From Naegleria gruberi (Eukaryota), in the NCBI GenBank assembly GCA_000004985.1, contig GG738879.1: DNA of 64,000 nt. The stretch is one strand, 5' to 3'. Below, piece after piece: positions 52,871-63,761 of this stretch. The stretch's first letter is position 1. Every line of letters begins with the position of its first letter. A model generated the notes under the pieces. The model was not told the origin of the DNA. It did not search any database and saw nothing but the letters and a program-made list of their open reading frames with translations. Made by a program: the position numbers and the translations under genes.

Positions 52871-54727
52871 TTAGTAGAAAGCACTTTGAGGTCGTGGATT
52901 AGGAATAATTTCTTTTGATTCAAAATACGTAACCATTTGTTTGGGTATTTCAGCTAGCACTTCAGAAGCTAATTGTGTTAAATCAGAACATTCAGAAAAG
53001 CTCACAAATTGAACAATGTCTCTTGTCATTTTAGTTCCATTACTGTGAATGAGTGGTTCATCATCAGCATCGAATTTTCTACAACTTGGGAAACTTCTAC
53101 CACCAATACCAACAATTACAATTGAGATAGGTTTGTCATTGGCCTCTATAATTGAATCGATTGTGCCTTGCATGTCAAATGCATCCCCATCAATAATTAA
53201 CAATAGAATATTGTAGAATTGTTGTTGTTGAGTAACAGGAGGAGTTCTCTCAACGACATGTTCAATAACTCTATAAAAGTCATCTCCTCGATAAGGCTTT
53301 CCAGTTTTTGGATTAGTGGCACTTCCCATATCTCCAAATGATAGTCTTGGAACTGCCTTCTCATATGCTTCAAGTATTTCTCCTACACAAAGTTCCTCCT
53401 TATCTGAGAGTGACAGATTAAACATTGGATTCATTTTTAATTCCTTATCTATCCTTGCACCATATCCATATGCTTTCGAATAATTAGTGAAAGTGTTAAA
53501 AGTCAAATACTTACCACCATATATCTTGTCAGAATCATAAGGTTCCAAAATTTGCAAAACTTGTGCAAGGGCTTGTTGATAGTGATTCTTCTTGGAACTT
53601 AAATAATGGAGGGAGCTACTACTGGTGAAACCACCGTTTGATGCAGTAAAATCAATGCCAACTGATACTGAAATGTTACATCCTCCCATAATGTGGTCTA
53701 AAAATTGATCTTGGCGGTTTTCCTTCCTGGCAACAAAGGATTGGTAGATTTGATATTCTGGATTTGGTACTGGAACATGTTCTATCTGAATAGTACATAT
53801 TTCAAACTCAAACACTCCAGAGTTTTTGTAATTCTTCTTTTTTTTTTGAAGGGATGGCTCAATTAAATGGAATTGTTTTACATTATTATTCAGAACTTGG
53901 TCCAAATTATATTTAAATTCTCCAATTAAATCATCCTTCGAGTACTTGTCCTTGTCATAGCATGTCACAAATATATCCTTGTTGTAATCATTGTTGAATT
54001 CATCTAAATTGAGTTTAAAGGATGTCCAAGAAGGGTTCAGATTCTTATAGATAACTTCACTTGTGTAGAGTTTGACTCTTCTTCCAGCAACTTCCTTTTC
54101 AAAGAAAAAGTAACAATCTGACTTTCCAAAGAAATCCTTCTTATCTAATCCAATACCTTTACATTTGAATAGAACTACTTTCATATCTGAATTAACAGTA
54201 GTTGGTATCTCAGAACGTAGAGCATTCAATTCAGCCGAGCTCATACCAGAAAATTTCAAAGTGGCATTCCTTTCAGAATCAGCATTATTAGTGTTATTCG
54301 AATCCGATTGCCTAACAACCTTCTCAACATGAACAAAGACCTCACCTTGTACTTTCCCACTCTTCAAAACAAGATCTAACTTTAATTTACCATCCCTCGA
54401 GCAAACAGCTTGTGATAATGAAAACTCTCTAGTTTTGCCAATAAGCTCACTCTTATTTCCACCATCGTCATCATAGATTTCAATATAAAATTTCTGTACG
54501 CACTCAAAATAATAATGAACACTAAACTTGGTCTTGAACACTGGATTATGATTATTCTGAATTGTTTCGGTATTGCCCAGAAACGTGAATTTATCAACAC
54601 CACCCGATGATGAACTTGTGTTACTTTCGTACAGTTTAGCAAACGGATCAGACTTGGACATCAAGTCCATTCTAGCCAAATTGCAACATGATAAATAAAT
54701 ATCAACAGATTCTCTGGCGGAATTCAT
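52871..54727 (-). CDS. Copine: two N-terminal C2 domains plus a C-terminal vWA (copine A) domain. Intronless.
   Basis: C2A begins VDIYLSCCNLARMDLMSKSDPFAKLY. C2B has ..VLFKCKGIGLDKKDFFGKSDCYFFF... The vWA region carries the copine-specific VGIDFTASNG motif and ..PTNFE.. surrounding sequence. Confidence 0.85.
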   Translation of the reverse strand: MNSARESVDIYLSCCNLARMDLMSKSDPFAKLYESNTSSSSGGVDKFTFLGNTETIQNNHNPVFKTKFSVHYYFECVQKFYIEIYDDDGGNKSELIGKTREFSLSQAVCSRDGKLKLDLVLKSGKVQGEVFVHVEKVVRQSDSNNTNNADSERNATLKFSGMSSAELNALRSEIPTTVNSDMKVVLFKCKGIGLDKKDFFGKSDCYFFFEKEVAGRRVKLYTSEVIYKNLNPSWTSFKLNLDEFNNDYNKDIFVTCYDKDKYSKDDLIGEFKYNLDQVLNNNVKQFHLIEPSLQKKKKNYKNSGVFEFEICTIQIEHVPVPNPEYQIYQSFVARKENRQDQFLDHIMGGCNISVSVGIDFTASNGGFTSSSSLHYLSSKKNHYQQALAQVLQILEPYDSDKIYGGKYLTFNTFTNYSKAYGYGARIDKELKMNPMFNLSLSDKEELCVGEILEAYEKAVPRLSFGDMGSATNPKTGKPYRGDDFYRVIEHVVERTPPVTQQQQFYNILLLIIDGDAFDMQGTIDSIIEANDKPISIVIVGIGGRSFPSCRKFDADDEPLIHSNGTKMTRDIVQFVSFSECSDLTQLASEVLAEIPKQMVTYFESKEIIPNPRPQSAFY

Positions 54728-54809
54728 CTTTGAGCGGTGGTATTTACCACTATTCGAAACTATTTTTTTGTTGAATTTGAAATTAAAAAATCTAACAAAA
54801 TACTATTTT

Positions 54810-54920
54810 CACACTATTTGAATCAATGCCACTTCAATATTTGAGAAATCTAAAAACACAGATCTATAAAATTAGCACTTCAATAATTGTCACACATCTC
54901 TTTTCTATTTTAGCATTGTA
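54810..54920 (+). repeat. Degenerate duplicate of the last coding codons and 3' UTR of the FHA gene (original at about 51627..51745).
   Basis: ..gaatcaatgccacttcaatatttgagaaatctaaaaacacagatctataaaattagcacttcaataattgtcacacatct.. against ..cgatcaatgcaacttcaataattgagcaatataaaaacatggatctataaaattagcactttaagaattgtgtcacatct... About 80% identity. It lies in the spacer shared by the copine and alpha-tubulin genes. Confidence 0.6.
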
Positions 54921-54945
54921 GTGGGAGTTTACAGCAGTTCGTTGT

Positions 54946-54974
54946 ATTTTTCCCTCCAAAATTTTCCCTCCAAA
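54946..54974 (+). promoter_or_regulatory. Direct tandem repeat TTTTCCCTCCAAAA (x2) about 150 bp upstream of the alpha-tubulin ATG. Candidate promoter element.
   Basis: tttttccctccaaaattttccctccaaaactt lies in the 396-bp spacer between the divergently transcribed copine and alpha-tubulin genes. A function is inferred only from position and repetition. Confidence 0.3.
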
Positions 54975-55117
54975 ACTTTACAATTTGTTGTACGGTTGAA
55001 GATATCGCTACCCTTTAAATACAATTCACTTCTTCCCTAACCAAATTTTTCAACAAAAAAAAAATCGCTCGTCCTCCATTATAGAGAAACTTGCAAAACG
55101 CTCGTAAATAATAATAA

Positions 55118-56485
<1,368 letters not shown>

Positions 56486-56631
56486 ATTAATTACTCCATT
56501 GAGACTTTTTCAAAAAATTAAGACGTATTCTGTTTAAATCATTTTAGATTCTTTCTGTCACGAATAAGCCAACCTGGTTAAATTAAAAAAAATATTGAGC
56601 TTATCTAATATTATTGAGATGGAAATAAAAT

Positions 56632-57252
56632 TTATAGCTCGAATAAAGATTGCCATAATGATTTTGGTTGTGTCTTGTAAATCTCATTAGATTGTTTCTT
56701 CCTTTTTCGAGATTCTTCTTGTGATTGAGATGAAAATTTAGAATTTGTTTGGGTATGAGATAAACTAATCATTGGGGTATTATCATTCCACTTGGAGTTG
56801 ACAATTTCAAATTTTCTCTTTTGATTTCGTTTATCTAAAAGTGTTGATCCTGGAAATACACTAGATGAAATTCCCTCCGATACAGTGAGAGCAGCAACTT
56901 GTGGAGGTACATCATGTATTGCTTTTCTCTGTATTGGTTTATCTTTTTTTACATTAAAATTTGTATCGGCCCATTCCAAACCTCCACCACTTCTCTCTAT
57001 ACTTGAAGCCACTGATGTTGTTGGGCTTGAAGCCAATATAATTTCTTGTTCCTCATCCTCATCATCATTTAAATAATTATTTACAGGTCGTTCCAAAAAC
57101 ATGAAGGATTTACTCTTTGTGAGTACACCTTTACGATCCGAATTGGCTGTTTTACTTCTTTTTACATTTTGGTTTTGTTTTTTGACTTGTCCAATACTTG
57201 GTGGTTCACTGTAGCGAGAAACACCACATAACGTAGAGTAGAGATTAGGCAT
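56632..57252 (-). CDS. Hypothetical basic/acidic protein of 206 aa.
   Basis: ORF with ATG context caaaaaaaATGcct. Charged, S/T-rich, no recognisable domain. Confidence 0.4.
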   Translation of the reverse strand: MPNLYSTLCGVSRYSEPPSIGQVKKQNQNVKRSKTANSDRKGVLTKSKSFMFLERPVNNYLNDDEDEEQEIILASSPTTSVASSIERSGGGLEWADTNFNVKKDKPIQRKAIHDVPPQVAALTVSEGISSSVFPGSTLLDKRNQKRKFEIVNSKWNDNTPMISLSHTQTNSKFSSQSQEESRKRKKQSNEIYKTQPKSLWQSLFEL

Positions 57253-57573
57253 TTTTTTTGATAATTATTTGAAATTCAAAATTATTAATTATTTCTTCCA
57301 ATTTAAACAATCAGTAAGCAAATATCGTCCTCTGTAATTGGTCTCCAACCATGTTCAATGAGATTAAAACTGACTGAGAAATTAATTGAAAATACTTGAG
57401 GGAAATAAAAGTTGTATTGCCAACTAACTGATTTGTTGTCAGTGTGTTTGCCAATCAATCATGAAAACTTTCTTGAATTCCATTTTGTGATATTTTATTA
57501 CAATATATAGCTTACAAATACGATAAACAGATTGGAATTATTGCTAAATTGCAATTAAATGTTTCTGAAATAT

Positions 57574-59386
57574 TTACAATTCCCAATCATCATCACTTTC
57601 CTCATCTTCACTGGAATATTCAATATTACCACGACGAAGTTCCATAATACCTGCAATCTTGGCTGCCAAATTGTTTTGATCACTTTCAGCCATATTCTTG
57701 AATTCTGGTAAATCTTCTTGCTTTACATTTCTCAATTTCTTATTTTTAATTTCAGAAAGCATGTCAACACCACCTGAGGCACCACTATCAGAATCAGTTG
57801 TTGGACTTGCAACAGATACTCTAGGCTTAACAGAGTGATCGACAACTGGTGGAGGAGGAACATTGGTTGGTGGAGGAGGTACAAAACCACCAACTCCAAT
57901 GGCACTTGAGCCAGAAGGAGCATTTGAGCTAGCTCCCTTGAAAGGAGGTGGTGGAGGGGTTGATCTAGTTCCTGGGGTTGGTGGAGGTTGTGGTCTTCCA
58001 CTTGGAACATCCAAAGAAGGAGGTGGGGGAGCATCTGATGTGACAGTGACAAGTGTCTTCATTAAAAATTTGGCAGTTTTCTTATCTTTCAATTCAGCTT
58101 CTGAAATGCCTGCCTTCTCAAATATGGTTTTTAGCTCTTGGGGTATTTCTGTAAATCCACTTTTTGGATCAAAACCAATGTGTGAAACGTGTTTAAACTT
58201 GTCAACCTTTGGTCCAGAAATTTTGATTTGTGACCGGTCAGGAATTTGGTCCTTATTCTTTGTTCCGAAAATCTTGGAGAATAAACCACCTCCACTACTG
58301 CTACTACCTCCACTACTGCTATTGCTAGGAGTGTGTTTCTTTTCAGGTTCCTTATGGGAAGAAGTAGTATGTACAGAGCTACTGGCAGCAATTGAAGTAT
58401 TGACAGCTGTTGGCTTGTTAGCAACTGGTGGAGGAGTGGATGGAGGAGGATTAGTCTTCTTCACTGGAGTAGGTGGGGCAGTACTGGAACCAGTACCAGT
58501 TGGTGAAGAAGAAGAAGAATCAGAACTGTCACTTCTCATATTAACAGAAGGTTTAGTTGAAGGCAAACTTGGAGTTGAACCACCATTGATAGAACCAGTT
58601 GCTTTCAAACGAATGAGTTGACAAACTTGCTTGGCAAATTGATCAGCATCAAATCTTTCAGCAAATAACAATCCAACAAAACCTTCATCAGATTCGAATG
58701 CATGAAAATTGGAAGAAAGTGTTTGATAGTCGAAACCTTCATAACATTCTTGTTCCATAGTAACTGATTTACTCTTCAAATCTACCAACCGAATCATTAC
58801 TACTGATTGCTTTTCAACCAATGTAACTGTCAAAATTCCATAAGAATTGGCATATGACCATTGATTACCATTGTTGGCTTTGTAGAGACGAACTGGTGCA
58901 GAATACTTGATTTCGAAAATGTTTGGTAAAGACAAGACACCTGCAGCGAGTTGTACAGCACGTTTACTTCAAGTTTGACAAGATTTGGGGAAATTAAAAT
59001 TGTTTTTTTTAAAATTTAAAGTATTTCATCTTTCAATTTTGATTTGGCAAGTAAACTCAACTCCATTTGAAAAGAATCTGTAACGATAATATTTTATTCA
59101 ACAAAATGCTAATTTCTCGATGGAATTAAGGTAGTTTTGAAATCTGACTTCAAATTATGAATCCTCGCATTGACATACCCCTTGGGGTGGCAGCATTCTC
59201 AAAAATATGTAGAAATGAGTAAGAACGAGTTGTTAGGTGTTGTTCTATTGAAATGCTTATTTTGGATTTGACAGCAGAAGAACAACAAAATTTTTTCTAA
59301 ATAATTTATTTTCTTTCAAAAAACGCGTCAAATTTGAAGTAAACGTGCTGTAATTCGTCAGGGAGAATGTTGATTCTTGTTGTCAT
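57574..59386 (-). CDS. WASP-family actin nucleation-promoting factor with WH1/EVH1, CRIB, poly-Pro, WH2 and acidic-Trp modules. The N-terminal coding region is interrupted by a TA-flanked inverted-repeat element. Restored CDS = join(59386..59351, 58953..57574), 471 aa.
   Basis: WH1: ..IKYSAPVRLYKANNGNQWSY...VVMIRLVDLK... CRIB: ISGPKVDKFKHVSHIGFD. Pro-rich region with many PPPP runs. WH2-like GGVDMLSEIKNKKLRNVK. Acidic C-terminus DEESDDDWEL. Upstream of the element an ATG (aaaaaaaaATGaca, 59386) encodes MTTRINILPDEL. That matches the region preceding WH1 in N-WASP (LLTPQEN) and is in frame only if 58954..59350 is removed. Confidence 0.7.
58954..59352. mobile_element. MITE-like non-autonomous DNA element, 395 bp plus flanking TA/TA. 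26-bp terminal inverted repeats (TACAGCACGTTTACTTCAAGTTTGAC, one mismatch). AT-rich non-coding interior. Possibly a Tc1/mariner-type insertion in the WASP coding region.
   Basis: Plus-strand 58954..58979 is the reverse complement of 59327..59352 (25 of 26 positions). Both ends are bounded by TA. The interior has no ORF. Precise removal of the element plus one TA restores the WASP reading frame. Confidence 0.6.
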
Positions 59387-59585
59387 TTTTTTTTAACTTT
59401 ATTATATTTTTATTGATGAGTGACGTTTGTTGTTCCTTTGCTATTGTAACCTTTTTGTATCAATCTTTTCAATTTTTATCTTAGAAAAGTAATATTATTC
59501 TTGTTGTCATTTGTTTATTGGGTACGCAACGTTCCTAATTTGCGTTTTTGCGACGAGCTACGTATTTTTAAGGAACAAACAACGA

Positions 59586-59657
59586 TCCCGTGTGGTCCAA
59601 TGGCTAAGATACCTGGCTCTCACCCAGGAGATCCGGGTTCAATTCCCGGCACGGGAG
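59586..59657 (+). tRNA. tRNA-Glu, anticodon CUC.
   Basis: TCCCGTG-TG-GTCC-AATGGCTA-AGAT-A-CCTGG-CTCTCAC-CCAGG-AGAT-CCGGG-TTCAATT-CCCGG-CACGGGA-G. The loop has U33, CUC, A37. The T arm is CCGGG/CCCGG. A T5 terminator follows directly. The D stem has 3 bp plus one mismatch. Confidence 0.8.
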
Positions 59658-59701
59658 GATTCAATTTTTAGGCAAGATAATGAATAATTTTTTTTAGTTT
59701 A

Positions 59702-61022
59702 TTAGATTTCAGTTCTTGTCTTATTAACACTACTCTCCTCACTTGAACTAAATTCTGTCATTTCAATCATTGAAACACTAATGCTAATCTCACACACATC
59801 ATTTGCTTGATGAAGCACCTCTCCAATGGTTGATGATTTTTGTGAAATTTCACTTCCACTTGCGCTGTCAGGTTGTTGAACAGTTTCTGATTTTGCAATT
59901 TCTTCTTTCGAATTCTCCTTATGAAGCAAGTATTTGAGGAGAAGTCTATTTCTCAAAGAAGACACCAAACTTGCACACATGAAACTCAAACCAAGAACTA
60001 AATAAATACCAAAGAGTACCAAAATTACTGCAAACCAAGGTTTCACATAAAAATTGAGAACTGTATAAGGAAATTCGGAAACTAGACGATTTCTCATACA
60101 TGTGAGCATCCATACAAAGTAAGCACTTGGGAAACACATGATTGTGAACACGTGCCACTTTCTATATTGAAAATTAGACAATAAAAAGTCAATCAAGCTC
60201 AATATTCCAGTCACTCCATGATAAGCCACAGAACTATCACAAATTCATTAACATTTTTCAATGATCATCAAGAAACAACTTACATGTAATCTACTCCATC
60301 TTCCTCCTCTCCCAACCTTGCAAACCAGTAACCAATCGAAACAACCAAAGAAGCCACCAAATTCAACTCTCCAACAATCCATATAATACCAGAGAGTGCT
60401 CTCAATACAATCACCAACCATTTGTTTCTTCTCTTCAACACACTAATAGATTCTGAAGTGAAATTCACAGAGAAATCCCTAAACACAATCAAGTAAAACA
60501 TTCCAAACACGGTTTGAGAGCTGAAATATGTTGTAAATACCATTACCATATGATGGGTAAAATAAGTTGAGGATTTGAGAAGTACATTGTCCGTCTCATA
60601 CTTTCTCATGAACGGATACGAAATGATTGTTCCAATAATCCAACAACAGACTGTAAATCTGAAAATGTACAGAGCAATTGTGATGTACTTGTTGTAGCCA
60701 AATGATTCAAAGACGAATTGTGAAGAGTTTCTCAAGCTGTGTGAATGTTGTGTGTTAAATATTTTAAAATTCAATTCTAATCAACTTACCCATCAAGAAG
60801 TAAATCTTGCTTTCTGATTTCATTAGAGTTAGTGGATTGGTTGTCTGGTTCCTTCTGATCACGGTTCTTTCTCCTAGTGTAAAAGAAACCTTTCACTAGA
60901 AAGAAACCCACCGAAACCATAAAGATGAAAGCAAATGTCATACTGCTCTGTACTAAGAGTAGAGAACTAATTAAATTAGCACCTCTTGTTTCAGAAGATG
61001 AAGGAATTTTATAAGGGTCCAT
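59702..61022 (-). CDS. Multi-pass membrane protein (about 405 aa, at least 7 helices). Three exons: join(61022..60790, 60736..60284, 60233..59702); introns of 53 nt (60737..60789) and 50 nt (60234..60283).
   Basis: Three consecutive track ORFs (60786..61022, 60280..60774, 59702..60229) are linked by two GTAAGT introns, both phase 2, with CACAG and GATAG acceptors. The spliced frame is continuous (...DLLLDG-LRNSSQF... and ...GVDY-I-SVAYHGVTG...). ATG at 61022. Confidence 0.6.
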
Positions 61023-61669
61023 TATAGAATTGTTTGAATTGTTGTTTTGTTTTTTATGAAATTATCAATTCTTTGGTGTAAACTGTTGGGTTTTATACGA
61101 AACCCAACAACATGTGTTTGTCCATTAGATTCCACAGAAAAAGCAAGGTTTCTGTTCGTACCTGTTTAAAACCATTCAAAAGGAAACCGAATTTGTGTGA
61201 ATTTTGTAAAGTGACTGGTAGTTTTGTTAACAAAACATTACAAAACAGTTCGGTTTCCATAAATAGGTTCATTCTATATTCGCACTGAACCTTTGTTTGC
61301 ATAATCTTCGTAAGTACTTATTCTGTAAATAGCTAGCGAACATTCTGGAATCACTTATTTTGTAAAAAAATTCATTTCAAGGGCGGCAATTTACAAAAAT
61401 CCCTTTCGGCTGTTTAGTCTACCAATTACAGAACTTTCTCTATTAAAAATTATTTATTTCATTGTTATGGTAAGCAGAGCTCAATCACTTGAATATTTTC
61501 GACACATTGTGCATGTGACACTTCATGACGTTTCTATTCGAAAAACGTCCAACTTGCAAACTTACTCAAACAAGCAGCAAGAAAATATTCGTGCCGAAAC
61601 TGAGATTAGGAAACAAAAGAATTGCATATTTTGACTTTACTCAATTGGATGAGTAAGAATTAAGAAACA

Positions 61670-61951
61670 TTATCGTTCCTTCTTTCTAGGAGTTGGTGGA
61701 GTTACCACAATTGGACACGTGCTTATTGAAGTTGCTGTCTCACTATCATCATCATCATCTTCATTACAATTTGGATTTGTCTTCTTGGGTGGCTTTACAA
61801 CATGCATATCTTCAGTTCTCACCATTAGAAATCCATCTTCATCCTCTGGAGTGGAAGCCAATGAATTTGTCTCTTCATTGATTGAATATCTCGAATAGGC
61901 CATAATTGTGTTTGCTTTCTTTTCTGTTAGGAATTGAGAACCCATCATCAT
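61670..61951 (-). CDS. Small acidic hypothetical protein of 93 aa. Possibly an exon of a larger gene.
   Basis: Begins ATGATGATG (MMMGSQF...). Acidic and Pro-rich. No support beyond ORF length. Confidence 0.3.
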   Translation of the reverse strand: MMMGSQFLTEKKANTIMAYSRYSINEETNSLASTPEDEDGFLMVRTEDMHVVKPPKKTNPNCNEDDDDDSETATSISTCPIVVTPPTPRKKER

Positions 61952-62429
61952 GATGAATCATTTAAGTGGTTGGAGAGAGAAGTACCTGGTGAGAATCAGA
62001 GTCAGCAGATGTTGATGCTTGTATTATTCTGTGCTTTTTTATAAGTGATAGATGTTGATGTTACAAGTATGTGGGAGGCCTTTGCATTGTTGGCGTTTTC
62101 TACTTGTAGCATATTCATATAAAAATGTGTGTTCTGTATTTGGAGAGAGACATCTACTCAGAATCTCAATACAGTTTCTATCGCTTCTATTTAGTGAGGA
62201 GTCAGTATCTCTCTAAAATTCTCGCTTCATGCAATCATGCATGTCTCTAAGGTTTGGCAAGAATGCTTTTATTTACAAGTGTATTGTACCACTAAGGTAG
62301 TCCATTGCATTTATTTCTTAACAAATCAAGCATCCAGAAGAAGATCCCTCAGAAATGTCCTTTAATGTTTGGTCACTAGAATGGAATGTATTCAGTCAAT
62401 ATATATATGTGTGTTACTACTTTAAAAAC

Positions 62430-63636
62430 TTACATAACAGTTGGGTCTAGTGCTTCTCCATACTCTAGAATGATTCCATCTCTACTCTTGAGAAGGGATG
62501 GAGGTAGTTCAGAGAGTTTCTTGTCTGTCGGCAATTTAACTCCATCAAAATTGAATAAATTCAATCGCTTACTGAGATCCAATTCTGTCGAGTTGTTATT
62601 CTTAACTTTTCCTTGTTCAGCAATTTTATCCAAAACTTTTCCAACTGACCAAGTCTTACTGAAGAACATGTGAATTGGCTGTATTTGATTATTGATTGGG
62701 AAATAAACATCCAAAAAGTATCTATCCTGAGTTGCAATTGAGGATTGACCAACTGGGAATAGAGGTTTGTTCTGGAATTGATTAGATAATAATTTTCCAG
62801 CATCCTTTCTCTGACCTTTCCATTTGTTTGCAGTTATAGGAACAGAGGATCCACTCTTGATATTAAAAGGTCCAATACTTGATGAGCCGCCTGATCTTGA
62901 TTTTTGTTTTTTCAACGAGTCACAATTATGATCGAAATCCAATCTATGTCTATATTAAGAAAGCAAATTAATTCTCCACAAAATCTAATTCAATCACACA
63001 CTTACTCTACACAAAATGATTTGTTACATCCTTTACATTTGATAATTGACTTTTGACCACATCCTCCCAAAGCACACATTTCAGCACTACTAAGAGAAGA
63101 AGTTGGCTGTTTTGATGCATTTTGATTCATTGCTGGACACTTTCCACTGCTAATGTGTCTTTCAACAACATCATTAGGATTCTCTCTTTCACTGGCACGA
63201 AATGGAAGAACCTGATTGCATAGAGGACAAAATGGTGCAACAACTCCTTGTTCTTGCAGATAGGAACATTTGTGAGCATCAAAACTTCTATGCTAAATAT
63301 CAAGATAGTGTTATTATACATTGAATTCCGTAATTATATTTAAAAATTCCGAATTATTAATATACAATTATTTGTTGTATAATATTTCCGATTAATATAC
63401 ATATAATACACAATTACAAATCATCAATTAATAATATTAATATACAACAAAATCCATCATAATACAAAACAACATTCATCATCCAATAAAATCATCATCC
63501 ACCAATACCTTCTACTACTACTACATACATTCAAACAAAATGTCTTTCCACAATGAGTACATTTGAACGGAAGAAAATCCTTCTCATGGCATCCATCAAA
63601 ACAACAATGTGCTCCAAGATCGTAGAATTCAGTCAT
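62430..63636 (-). CDS. AN1-type zinc-finger protein (ZFAND1/Cuz1-like) with two AN1 fingers and a C-terminal ubiquitin-like domain. Three exons: join(63636..63529, 63292..63006, 62949..62430); introns of 236 nt (63293..63528) and 56 nt (62950..63005).
   Basis: Both AN1 fingers are split by introns at the same position and are restored exactly by splicing. Finger 1: C(TH)CGKTFCLN | HRSFDAHKC, with a GTATGT donor and TTTAG acceptor. Finger 2: CKGCNKSFCVE | HRLDFDHNC, with a GTAAGT donor and TATAG acceptor. Each gives C-x2-C-x4-C-x2-H-x5-H-x-C. The C-terminal roughly 80 aa are ubiquitin-like (..KVLDKIAEQGKV...LNLFNFDGVKL..). Confidence 0.75.
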
Positions 63637-63761
63637 TTTTTTTTCTTAAATGTATTTTAATTTGTATTGACATTTAAAATTTTGTAATCTTTTTTTCATT
63701 ACCTATTTTCAAACAAAAATTACAAGAAATCAATATTGATGATATGATGATTCTCTTTTAA

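Noticed and set aside
59493-59510. A second copy of the 16-18-nt string attcttgttgtcattt (the minus-strand ATGACAACAAGAAT start of the WASP gene) about 120 bp further upstream.
   Set aside because: The identity does not extend beyond about 18 nt, and the second copy opens only a 9-codon ORF. It is probably chance or a micro-duplication with no coding consequence.
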